Origin: Nitrosopumilus sp.
Lineage (GTDB): Archaea; Thermoproteota; Nitrososphaeria; Nitrososphaerales; Nitrosopumilaceae
NCBI GenBank assembly: GCA_965206745.1
Contig: OZ242220.1
Location: forward strand, 900,434-964,433
Direction: 5' to 3'
DNA: 64,000 nucleotides
Positions 38,233 through 47,201 of this stretch are shown here, one piece after another; the stretch's first letter is position 1, and each line of letters begins with the position of its first letter. Under the pieces are notes generated by a model. The model worked only from the letters and a program-made list of their open reading frames with translations, searched no databases and was not told the origin of the DNA. The translations under genes were made by a program, and so were the position numbers.

Positions 38233-38624
38233 TTTAATGGTACGTAAAGGCTGGATCTTGATGCGCCGACACCTGGTGCACCATGTGAAACCTTCTTGTT
38301 CGTTATTACATATTCTCCCAGATAATGCCCAATCATCTCAGTCGTTATTACAACTGGTTGGAACTCTTTTCCGGAGAATGTGTTTACTGTAACTCCTACC
38401 ATGTATGGCAGGACAATCAAATCTCTGACGTGAGTTTTGATAGGATTCTTTAATTTGCCTGCTTTTGCAGACTTTATCTCTTCAATTAATTTTCTTTTTC
38501 CGTCTGTGATTCCTCTTGTAAGTGATCGCCTCTGTCTTGAATTAAACAGCAGGAATAATTTTTCTAGTGACAGACTATCTAGCTCCTCTTTTGGAATGCC
38601 TCTGTATAAAAATTCTTTAACCAT
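38229..38624 (-). CDS. rps19: 30S ribosomal protein S19 (uS19)
   Basis: KTHVRD, MIGHYLGEY. Confidence 0.96.
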   Translation of the reverse strand: MVKEFLYRGIPKEELDSLSLEKLFLLFNSRQRRSLTRGITDGKRKLIEEIKSAKAGKLKNPIKTHVRDLIVLPYMVGVTVNTFSGKEFQPVVITTEMIGHYLGEYVITNKKVSHGAPGVGASRSSLYVPLK

Positions 38625-38668
38625 CTCTCTTCTCCTCTGTTAATGTACTTCGAGTTTTATAGTCCATA

Positions 38669-38935
38669 TTAGAGCATTCCTATCTTTGTTGCCAAATCCC
38701 TGGCTTTTTCGGTATTTTCAAATTGAACAAAAGCCTTTTTACCATAAATCGTCCTTGCCGTGTTTACTTTTTTGACATTATGATTGTAAAGGGCCTTTAC
38801 TGCCTGTGAAATTTCTGACTTATTTGCAGATATCTCCACTATGAAACAGATCTTGCTTTCATTCTCGATCATTGCAAAGGTCTTTTCTGTAATGTACGGC
38901 TTTATGATGATCTTCATTGCCTGTTCAACATTCAT
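38669..38935 (-). CDS. rpl23: 50S ribosomal protein L23 (uL23)
   Basis: PYITEK, KKVNT, KKAFV. Confidence 0.95.
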   Translation of the reverse strand: MNVEQAMKIIIKPYITEKTFAMIENESKICFIVEISANKSEISQAVKALYNHNVKKVNTARTIYGKKAFVQFENTEKARDLATKIGML

Positions 38936-39744
38936 TGTGTTTTCACCATTATTTCAAGATGTACTGATTTTATCTTTCCAATCGCCTCTATTGCTGATTT
39001 GGAATATACTGTTAGTCTGATTGGGTCTGAACCTGGGGCCAAATCCAACACGCTCAAATTTTTGACATCCCTTACCTCCACTCCTGGTACTGCGCCTGTT
39101 GCTTTTGAAAGATTTGATGAATCTGCTGTCACAAACAATACGCTTTTTCCTATCTTCTTGGTTCTACCTCTGAGTCTTGATTGTCCAGAGCGGTGCTTTC
39201 TTGCGTCTAGTCTTTGCACATCCTGTGTTAGATTCAATGCGTCTAAGACTTTGACAATCTCGCTTGTTTTGCTAACTGATTCTATGTCGTCTGAGACTAT
39301 GATTGGGAATGACTCTATACCCTTGACCTTGTGACCTCTTAACTCGACAAGTTCTTTTGATGCTGTTGCTGCAATTGCAGAGCACAGTGCTAGCTTGTTC
39401 TCTTTTTTGTTTAACTTTTTGTAAATTACCCTCTCTACGATTGGCGGATGTGCTTGTCTTCCCCCTCTGGTAGATGCTACCTCTGCCCCCTGTCCCTGTC
39501 TTCCGCCTCCGCCTCCTTGCATTCTCGCTACACGGGAGACTCCTTGACCTGTGGGGGGATCGTTTGAATCTGCAACCACATCCATGCCTGCGTTTGGTTT
39601 TCTTCCCTGTCTTTGGAATTTGTGGGACGTTAAATTGGTAACAGCTTTGTGAATCAAATCCTTCCTATATGGCGTTGAGAAGATTACGGGCAGTTCGATA
39701 TCTGCATCCTTTGTCCCGTCAATTGTGTATGATGTCGTCTTCAT
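38932..39744 (-). CDS. rpl4: 50S ribosomal protein L4 (uL4)
   Basis: GGRQAHPP, LDLAPG. Confidence 0.95.
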   Translation of the reverse strand: MKTTSYTIDGTKDADIELPVIFSTPYRKDLIHKAVTNLTSHKFQRQGRKPNAGMDVVADSNDPPTGQGVSRVARMQGGGGGRQGQGAEVASTRGGRQAHPPIVERVIYKKLNKKENKLALCSAIAATASKELVELRGHKVKGIESFPIIVSDDIESVSKTSEIVKVLDALNLTQDVQRLDARKHRSGQSRLRGRTKKIGKSVLFVTADSSNLSKATGAVPGVEVRDVKNLSVLDLAPGSDPIRLTVYSKSAIEAIGKIKSVHLEIMVKTQ

Positions 39745-40739
39745 CAGATGACTACCTCCAAAATGTTTGGCTTGATAACTTTGTCTGGCGCATTTCTGAT
39801 TTGACTCCTTAGTTTGATTAATCTCTTGTACGTTCCTGGAACTGAACCTTTTAGAATGATAAAGTCTCCTTTGACTAGTCCAAAGTGTTTGTAACCCCCA
39901 TCAGGGTTGATCTTAATCTTGTCTGATTCGGTATTGCCCATAATCATAATTCGCTTATCATATTCCACTCTTTGATGGAACCCAGTCTGTCCTGCTCTTG
40001 GAACTGTATACATGACGCTTTGTGGTGAGATTGGACCCAGTGAACCCACTTCTCTAACCGTTTTTCTTGATTTGTGCTGTTTCTTTTTGACACCCCATCT
40101 TCTCAACACTCCTTGCCATCCGTGACCTTTTGTAATTGCTGCAACATCCACAGTTGCACCCGTTTCAAAAATTTGCTCGATTTTAATCTCCTTTCCTAGT
40201 GACTCTTTGACATGTGCAAACTGTTTTTTAATATCCCCTCCACTGACCATTGCCTCAAAAATATACGGCTTCTTCATCTCTAATCCTGCCGCTCTTGGAG
40301 AAACTGCAACAATCGCATAAATCTCTTTAATTCTCTTTAATCTTGACTCTGCATTTTCAATTGAACCTGCAATATTTTTTATGTTGATCTCCTTTGCGAT
40401 ATTTTTTGGAATATCTTCTGCATACACGTCAAACTCTGCATGCTTTCCATCGTGATCTTTTGAATATCCCCTAATTCCTAGGATCAAGACTGGAGGCGTG
40501 ACTAACACTGTGCCCAAACTAACTAGCTGCTTTCCTGCATTTGGCACTTTGTCACGATCATCGATGCTGACTATCTGCACGCATCCTGCTTTGAATCCAC
40601 AGTGTGCTAAAATTTTTGGTTCGTCTGTTGCTGATAATTTTGGCCAAGCTCTGATTCTTGCCTCCATGCTTTTTGCACGTACCCTGCGTGAGTATGCAAG
40701 ACTTCCTCTGCGTGGTTGATGTCGTTTTCGAGCTCCCAT
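39744..40739 (-). CDS. rpl3: 50S ribosomal protein L3 (uL3)
   Basis: PRRGSL, TKGHGWQG..RWG, GQTGFHQR, KGSVPG. Confidence 0.97.
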   Translation of the reverse strand: MGARKRHQPRRGSLAYSRRVRAKSMEARIRAWPKLSATDEPKILAHCGFKAGCVQIVSIDDRDKVPNAGKQLVSLGTVLVTPPVLILGIRGYSKDHDGKHAEFDVYAEDIPKNIAKEINIKNIAGSIENAESRLKRIKEIYAIVAVSPRAAGLEMKKPYIFEAMVSGGDIKKQFAHVKESLGKEIKIEQIFETGATVDVAAITKGHGWQGVLRRWGVKKKQHKSRKTVREVGSLGPISPQSVMYTVPRAGQTGFHQRVEYDKRIMIMGNTESDKIKINPDGGYKHFGLVKGDFIILKGSVPGTYKRLIKLRSQIRNAPDKVIKPNILEVVI

Positions 40740-40830
40740 GACTAAAACGCATCATCGATTTCCCTCTATTAAACCATGTGTGATGTCGTTAACCATCAAA
40801 AAAATCCAGGTTAACCAACTATGCCTATTT

Positions 40831-40941
40831 TCATGGCAAAATTAATTCCGAGACAGAATTCCAAATTGTAAATCCCCCAATAATGATCCCGGCAGCTCCC
40901 AAACCGATTGCCAATAACAGGAAATTTTTTCTTTCAGGCAT
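40831..40941 (-). CDS. Small single-TM protein (absent from the ORF track)
   Basis: MPERKNFLLLAIGLGAAGIIIGGFTIWNSVSELILP*; starts 7 bp after the SPOUT gene stop. Confidence 0.5.
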   Translation of the reverse strand: MPERKNFLLLAIGLGAAGIIIGGFTIWNSVSELILP

Positions 40942-40948
40942 ATCCAGA

Positions 40949-41755
40949 TTAATTGTTGGCATTAATTATTGCTAGTGTTCCTAGCAGTGCTTCTTCTAGG
41001 CGTACGGTTTCTGTTGCTTGGTTTGGGAAAAAGTTTATCGACTTTGCATTTTGAACCTTGTTCATTCTTCCACCGATGATCTCATGAACTCCCCTTTCAG
41101 GTGACCCGAAAACCACAAGGGTGGACTCGCCTGATTTTTTATATTTTGACAATTGCTCGCTTGATACTGGCTTTCCCTTCCTTGATGTTATGATGATGTT
41201 TCCCTTCCATTCTGATAATATTGAAAACAAGTTTGCTCTTTCTTTAACAGAGTATCCCCAGTATGTTGGAACCTCGCTCTTGTCTATGTCCTTGATTGAT
41301 AGTTTTGGATAGCCTTCTTTGAATTTGACTGTGACCCTTTTTCCAATTGAAACGCTGCCATAATACTGGATTAGCTGATTAATCCCGACATCTACAAATT
41401 TCTTGCCCTTTGCACCTATTACGATGCCTTCCCTGATGTCTCCTGTGATGATTTTCTTAGAATTTACTGGCGTATTGTGACTTGGAATTTTTAATGGTTG
41501 CAAAACCCCTGCAAACTTTAAATCATTCATTTTGGAAAATAACCTTCTTCTCAAAAACTGCGGCGTCTCCAAATATTTTAGAATCATTATCATTAGTCCA
41601 AGATCCGGCTTTTTACTCCCTTCTTGGTAGACATAGATCGTATCAATTTTAAAAATCGCGCATGCTCTGGCCAGAACTGAGATCTTTCTTGTCTTGTCAA
41701 TTTTTAGCGATTCATCTGATAAAGCAGACTCGGGAATTGCAACAGATAATTTCAA
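40949..41755 (-). CDS. SPOUT-class RNA methyltransferase (DUF171/C9orf114-like)
   Basis: LARACAIFKID, YLETPQFLR, YWGY, FPNQATETVRLEEA. Confidence 0.9.
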   Translation of the reverse strand: MKLSVAIPESALSDESLKIDKTRKISVLARACAIFKIDTIYVYQEGSKKPDLGLMIMILKYLETPQFLRRRLFSKMNDLKFAGVLQPLKIPSHNTPVNSKKIITGDIREGIVIGAKGKKFVDVGINQLIQYYGSVSIGKRVTVKFKEGYPKLSIKDIDKSEVPTYWGYSVKERANLFSILSEWKGNIIITSRKGKPVSSEQLSKYKKSGESTLVVFGSPERGVHEIIGGRMNKVQNAKSINFFPNQATETVRLEEALLGTLAIINANN

Positions 41756-41786
41756 TATAATTTAATCTCACAGGTGCCTTAAATAA

Positions 41787-42524
41787 TTATTTTTGGTCGT
41801 GTGGGTATTTTGCCTTGGCATCGTTTGCATATTTTGTAATTTGTTCATCTGATATCAGCTCATACAATCCTGTTTCCTTTTTAATACATGCCATTCTGAT
41901 GTGATTTGTTCCTTCCTTATCTTCGCTTGAAAGATAAATCCCTGCAGTGGCCAACACTGCTGTGTCATCAAGTGAAAGATCTCCCTTGTATGCCTTTTCC
42001 AAAAAGTCTGTCACTTGATCAGAGCCGGAACCGATTGCTATTGCGTCATAGGAGATGTATGTGCCACTAGGATCTGTTAGATACAACTGAGGTGTGTTAT
42101 TTACAACTCCTCCGAGAATCAGTGCCACACCAAATGGTCTTACGCCGGCATACTGGGTATATTGCTGGCATTGATCGGCCAAATGTTTGGCAATAGTTTC
42201 AACTTCGACTGGTTCGTCATAAACCATCTTGTTACTTTGAGAAAAGAATCTTGCATTGTCTACCTGACTTCTTGCATCTGGAATGTATCCTGCGGCTGCC
42301 ACTCCAACATGATCATCTATTTGAAAGATCTTTTGAGCAATATCTGAAATCTGTAATTTTCTTGGTTTTTCTTCAACTGCGATAATGATGCCATCTTTGC
42401 ATTTTATGCCTACTGCAATTGTCCCCCTTCTAACAGTTTCAATGGCGTATTCTACTTGGTATAGTCTGCCGTCTGGGGAGAACACTGTGATTGCTCTATC
42501 GTAACCTTGTTGTGCAGGAAGCAT
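41787..42524 (-). CDS. psmA: Proteasome alpha subunit
   Basis: YDRAITVFSPDGRLYQVEYA, RPFGVALI, DPSG. Confidence 0.97.
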   Translation of the reverse strand: MLPAQQGYDRAITVFSPDGRLYQVEYAIETVRRGTIAVGIKCKDGIIIAVEEKPRKLQISDIAQKIFQIDDHVGVAAAGYIPDARSQVDNARFFSQSNKMVYDEPVEVETIAKHLADQCQQYTQYAGVRPFGVALILGGVVNNTPQLYLTDPSGTYISYDAIAIGSGSDQVTDFLEKAYKGDLSLDDTAVLATAGIYLSSEDKEGTNHIRMACIKKETGLYELISDEQITKYANDAKAKYPHDQK

Positions 42525-42658
42525 TTGATTGCAATGCTTTGATTATACAATTTAAACCATGCCAATAATTACGAGGAATTACCACGTTGATCGGAGCCTA
42601 TCCTGCAAAGAATATTGCAAATCAAACGTTAATTTGAAACTTGAGTTGTAATTGATTT

Positions 42659-43105
42659 ATGAAGTTTGAAATTGCATTTTCTGGGCATGAAAATATCCGC
42701 TCCAACCACAAAAAGACACTGGAGATCACCAGGGAATCTCATTTGACACCCAGAGGGGATTGCATCGTCGGTGTCAATGCAAAATCAGGCTGTGCTGACT
42801 TGCCTGATGAGCTAAAAAACAAACTTAGAAACTCTGACTCAAAAGTGACTATCTCAATTAAAGTTGGCAACGATATCTTTGTGATGGAAGGAAGAGGACA
42901 TCCTAGTCTAATTCTGAGCCATGCTGAGGATATTGTTATCAGAAAAAGCGACTTTGTTTGTCCACGAACGCTTGCAGTAAAGTGCGACAAGGCATCTGAT
43001 CTGCTACCTCGGAGCATGGTAGCCCTGTTACAAAATCCCGAAACGGTAGGCATCCTCACAATTACTGTTAAATCACCAAAAGATCCGACTGTACTCCCAA
43101 ATTAA
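42659..43105 (+). CDS. DUF371 family protein
   Basis: GHENIRSNHKKTLEIT...LTPRGDCI. Confidence 0.9.
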   Translation: MKFEIAFSGHENIRSNHKKTLEITRESHLTPRGDCIVGVNAKSGCADLPDELKNKLRNSDSKVTISIKVGNDIFVMEGRGHPSLILSHAEDIVIRKSDFVCPRTLAVKCDKASDLLPRSMVALLQNPETVGILTITVKSPKDPTVLPN

Positions 43106-43130
43106 CTAAAAAAATCTGATTTTTCATACA

Positions 43131-43485
43131 TTTGGATCTACTGTGATCCTGATAATAAAAGAGAAGATTGATGTTCCAATCACCGATAGCATGACTGATT
43201 GGTATGTCGTGTTATAACAAACCATGTTTGCAATGATGCGACATCCCTTGAGATGGCTCCGATGAAATATTAGATGAGGCCGAGGAAATTCAGACAGGTT
43301 ACAAGGATATGAAGAGAATCCTGCCGCGTACGACCAGTACGAATAGTTCTATTCGACTGTTTTTGCTTTATCTCTCCATCATGGTGTACGATACATGGGT
43401 CTCTGCAAAGATATATCCTGGTATCCTGATGACTCTACTCATGACTATATCACGTATGATGGATGTTGCAATCGGAGGTATGTAG
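43131..43485 (+). mobile_element. Decayed ISH3-like (IS4-superfamily DDE) transposase C-terminal fragment
   Basis: Reading across stops and shifts gives ...WYVV/TNH...KY*MR/IQTGYKDMKRILPRTTSTNSSIRLFLLYLSIMVYDTWV, matching the ISH3 Y.R.W.IET..RTTS...RLF...YN.W signature. Confidence 0.6.
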
Positions 43486-43736
43486 ACAGCAAAGAAAAAG
43501 TCACCTGATAATGGTCAGTCGAGGAAAGGGATGCAATCGGAATTTCCGCTGACACTGTCACAATTTTATAGGCTATCCTCCAATTTTGTTCATGGGTCGG
43601 AAAACAAACTTCTTTCTTCTTGTTCCTTTGGCCACTTTTGCTGCCATCATTATTGGATTTGGCCTTTACAATACGATCTGTAAAAACTCAAACATTCCAA
43701 TTAATTGCTAGGTAGGGAAAAACTATTTGGGATTTG

Positions 43737-45437
43737 TCATGTTCTCTCTACTGCACTGTAGGTGTCCTTGTCTGTATCCCACGTAATTCGAATTTCAGAA
43801 TCCTGCTCATATATTGATAACAGTATTTCTAAATCTTCTTTTAGTGCATTGTCTATAATTTCCAATATTCGGAATTTCTCTTTGATCGAGGTTTTCTCTA
43901 CAGCCGAATAATTTTCACGGACGTTTGTCATTTGTGTAGTAAAGCTCTCCCTGGATATCTCGCCTCTGTTGATTTTGTCTGAAAGAATTTTTTCTTCGCC
44001 ATGTTGCTTTCCTTTCATTTCAATGAATATCAAAGCATATTTCTTTTCAATATCCTCTCTTTGAAGGTCATAGTTATCATGAATTTTTTTGATTTTTAGA
44101 TCAAATCCGGATATTTTTTTTGCAATTCTGTCCTGATTCAATCGTATTTCTGTTAATTCATCTGGAATGACCTGTATTTCTTTGCGTACTGGACTTCCCA
44201 TCTCATACTTTATCCATATTTCTGCGGTGTACTCTGTTACACAAACATAGTCCTTTGCCTGATGTCTATAAATCAAAATATAATTATCCCTACACTCAGT
44301 CTCAGAATCTGATTCACTTAATTCCTCCCATGATGATGTATCGTTTGGATTAGATGCCAGATAACCTGGATTTGTCCTGTAATCCAAGTAATACTGTCGT
44401 AATTGCTCTCCAGATATACCTAAATTGAATTTTCCATCTTCATCAAATAATACCTGTTGATTATAGTATGCATCTCCCTTTAAAATATTATACAGTGCAT
44501 TAACTGACACCATTTCAACTCGGGTAATTTTTGCTGCATCGGCAAAAGCATCCCTTGCTTCTATTGGTCCTCCGCCATTTTGAAGTACTTTTTTCATTGC
44601 ACTATGACCTGCTTTAACTTTAGATGCTGTAAATTTTAGAGGATTATCATAGATGCTATTTGAAAATTGTGCAGGATCACCTTCGAGTGTTCGTTCCAAC
44701 AGTTTTTCAAATGAATGATATTCCCATTTTGCTTCCCATTTTTTCAAATCATTATCCAAATATGCTAAAATTGACTCCTTTTTTTCTTCGAGTTCTCTTT
44801 GCTTTTCTGTTGCTTTAAATTCTTTATTTTGTAATTTATCAATCCATCTCTTACTTTTTTCAATTTTATTTAAAATATCTTGAGCCACCGGATCATTTGC
44901 CAAATCTCCACCCAGTACCGTTCGTTGATTGGTTATCTGCTCATCTATTTGCTCATCTACCTGTTTTTTGACCTGTTTGTCTACTCCAAATTCTTTCTTT
45001 TGCAGTTTATCAACATCCCTCTTACTTTTTTCAATTTTATTTAAAATATCTTGAGCCACCGGATCATTTGCCAAATCTCCACCCAGTACCGTTCGTTGAT
45101 TGTCTACCTGTTTCTCTATCCCTCCAAATTTTTTCTTTTCTAGTCCATCAATCCACTTCTCAGTTTCATCAATCCACTTCTCAGTTTCACCTCTCTCATC
45201 TAAAATATCTCCACCCAGCACAGTTCGTTGATTGTCTATTGTTCCAAATTCTTTCTTTTGCAGTTTATCAACATCTCTCTTACTTTTTTCAATTTTATTT
45301 AAAATATCTTGAGCCACCGGATCATTTGCCAAATCTCCACCCAGTACCGTTCGTTGATTGTCTATTTGAGCATGGGCAATATTGATGGAGATCATCAAAG
45401 CAATAACAGTTAAAATTACAAAACCTGCGACTTTCAT
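43737..45437 (-). CDS. Secreted coiled-coil protein with duplicated N-terminal module
   Basis: Signal peptide; NQRTVLGGDLANDPVAQDILNKIEKSKR x3; internal C...CV Cys module. Confidence 0.85.
   Translation of the reverse strand: MKVAGFVILTVIALMISINIAHAQIDNQRTVLGGDLANDPVAQDILNKIEKSKRDVDKLQKKEFGTIDNQRTVLGGDILDERGETEKWIDETEKWIDGLEKKKFGGIEKQVDNQRTVLGGDLANDPVAQDILNKIEKSKRDVDKLQKKEFGVDKQVKKQVDEQIDEQITNQRTVLGGDLANDPVAQDILNKIEKSKRWIDKLQNKEFKATEKQRELEEKKESILAYLDNDLKKWEAKWEYHSFEKLLERTLEGDPAQFSNSIYDNPLKFTASKVKAGHSAMKKVLQNGGGPIEARDAFADAAKITRVEMVSVNALYNILKGDAYYNQQVLFDEDGKFNLGISGEQLRQYYLDYRTNPGYLASNPNDTSSWEELSESDSETECRDNYILIYRHQAKDYVCVTEYTAEIWIKYEMGSPVRKEIQVIPDELTEIRLNQDRIAKKISGFDLKIKKIHDNYDLQREDIEKKYALIFIEMKGKQHGEEKILSDKINRGEISRESFTTQMTNVRENYSAVEKTSIKEKFRILEIIDNALKEDLEILLSIYEQDSEIRITWDTDKDTYSAVERT
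44851..45359 (-). repeat. Three identical 80-bp intragenic direct repeats
   Basis: Copies at 44851-44930, 45022-45101 and 45280-45359. Confidence 0.93.
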
Positions 45438-45651
45438 ATTTCAAAAATTGTTTTTTTGTATTTAGCGTGTGCTGATGATTCATTAGTAAAAATAGGGATT
45501 TTATGACTAAATGGATAACTGATCGGTATCTTTTGAAATGTGTTGTAGGTGATCGATCAACTTTGATTAAAAGAATTCGGTTTGTGGTGTAATGTTTTTG
45601 TTAATTCTGCTTTAGCAAGATTCTATTAAACTATGAATTAGATCCCTTGTC

Positions 45652-45993
45652 ATGGTGAAATCCAAAATAGAATTACCAATTTCCCAAATGCCCACAGATG
45701 CTGAATTAAAGAAACTAAAGGATTACTTTAAAGACATGCCTGTGACTGAAATCCTTAGTGGACTAAAATTTGCCAAGAATAGGTGGTCTGCAAAAGATGC
45801 CGGCACTCTAAAAGTAGGAAGGAAAAGTATTATCCAAAAGGAAGTCCACTCAGTCACTACAGAACAAGCCCAATGGAGGCTGAAAAATTGGAAGATGATG
45901 ATTGCAAATTACCGTAGGCGTGGATACAGTTATCCTACTATTTCTCGAATAAAGAAAATTTTGGTTCAAAAAAGCAAAAAAAGATCAAAGTAA
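45652..45993 (+). CDS. Basic hypothetical protein
   Basis: 113-aa ATG ORF, Lys-rich. Confidence 0.75.
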   Translation: MVKSKIELPISQMPTDAELKKLKDYFKDMPVTEILSGLKFAKNRWSAKDAGTLKVGRKSIIQKEVHSVTTEQAQWRLKNWKMMIANYRRRGYSYPTISRIKKILVQKSKKRSK

Positions 45994-46028
45994 TTCTCTA
46001 AAAATTTATTCTAAAAAACAGGAATAGG

Positions 46029-47111
46029 TTATCGAGCCCAACCACGTTCTATTAGTTTTTGAACGCTGGATGCTTTAACACAAGCTGGCTCACCGGATAT
46101 TTTGAAAATTAACTCCCTTGCTGCTTTACAATGAATATTTTCAGGTTCAACCCCTTCTTGGATTTGTTTTAATGGTGATAATAGTGTCTTGTCCATTTTT
46201 TCTCCATCGACCATTACTGCATCATCTCCATCGACCATTACTGCATCATCTCCATCGACCATTACTGCATCATCTCCATCGACCATTACTGCATCATCTC
46301 CATCGACCATTACTGCATCATCTCCATCGACCATTACTGCATCATCTCCATCGACCATTACTGCATCCATACTATCTGATGTGTCATTTCCAAAAACTTC
46401 ATTCATGTGTTTTGATTCAACTCCACTGACAATTTCAAATTCTATTATTGCCTCATTTACCATCATTGCCACTTGTTCTGGGGTCTCTTTTTGATCATAT
46501 GCTTTCAAAATTTGCACATATGCATCACTGATTTTTTCTGAATCCTCAACATCTGCTTTTATCTCTTCGAAGATCTGCTGTGATCTCCAAATGAATGCTG
46601 AACCATCTTGAAATTCTGCCATCTCTACAATCAAACCTCCCTCAACTGCTTCTTTGTATTCCACTTTGGATGTTTCAAGCAAATCGTTGATTAATTGTGC
46701 TTTAAATGCTGAATCATTACTTAATTCATTTCCAACCACAATCTCTCTTGCTTGTTCAATAATTTCTTTGGCCTTGTCAATTGCTAACTGGGCCTCTTCT
46801 CTACCGACCTCTGTATTTGCCATGTTTTTTAATTCCAATAATGTTTTCTTTAGTTCTTCATTAAATTCTGGGTTGTCATCTAAATGCATACTCATTGTTT
46901 CATACAATTCTGATATTGGATGAGTTGAATGTATCAGTGCCAGTTCTGAATTGCCTTCATCCAGATTCTTCTCTAATGCCTGAAAATGCCCTAGTGTCTC
47001 CTCAAGAGCCCCTGCAAATTCTAATTTTGCATCCATTTGACTATCTGCAAAAGACAATGGTGCAGATGCCAGAATAATTGCAGATAAAATTCCTAATACT
47101 ATCGTTTTCAT
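46029..47111 (-). CDS. Secreted acidic helical protein with (DDAVMVDG)7 linker and C-terminal Cys/RGW module
   Basis: Signal peptide; HF...HSTHP..E, EY.EA..E..DG motifs; ends SPLKQ..C..PACV..RGWAR. Confidence 0.85.
   Translation of the reverse strand: MKTIVLGILSAIILASAPLSFADSQMDAKLEFAGALEETLGHFQALEKNLDEGNSELALIHSTHPISELYETMSMHLDDNPEFNEELKKTLLELKNMANTEVGREEAQLAIDKAKEIIEQAREIVVGNELSNDSAFKAQLINDLLETSKVEYKEAVEGGLIVEMAEFQDGSAFIWRSQQIFEEIKADVEDSEKISDAYVQILKAYDQKETPEQVAMMVNEAIIEFEIVSGVESKHMNEVFGNDTSDSMDAVMVDGDDAVMVDGDDAVMVDGDDAVMVDGDDAVMVDGDDAVMVDGDDAVMVDGEKMDKTLLSPLKQIQEGVEPENIHCKAARELIFKISGEPACVKASSVQKLIERGWAR
46201..46367 (-). repeat. 24-bp coding minisatellite x7
   Basis: Unit tctccatcgaccattactgcatca at 46201+24n. 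Confidence 0.97.
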
Positions 47112-47201
47112 TCAACTTGATCTGATTTATCCAGTATAAATTATTTCGCTATTATTTCTGATTCTTGTTCCATAGATGGAGAATCAGGTTTTAAGATATT
47201 C

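Noticed and set aside
46201-46367. CRISPR array (24-bp repeats); also considered for the 18-bp and 33-bp arrays
   Set aside because: The units abut with no spacers, are multiples of 3 inside ORFs, and no cas genes are present.
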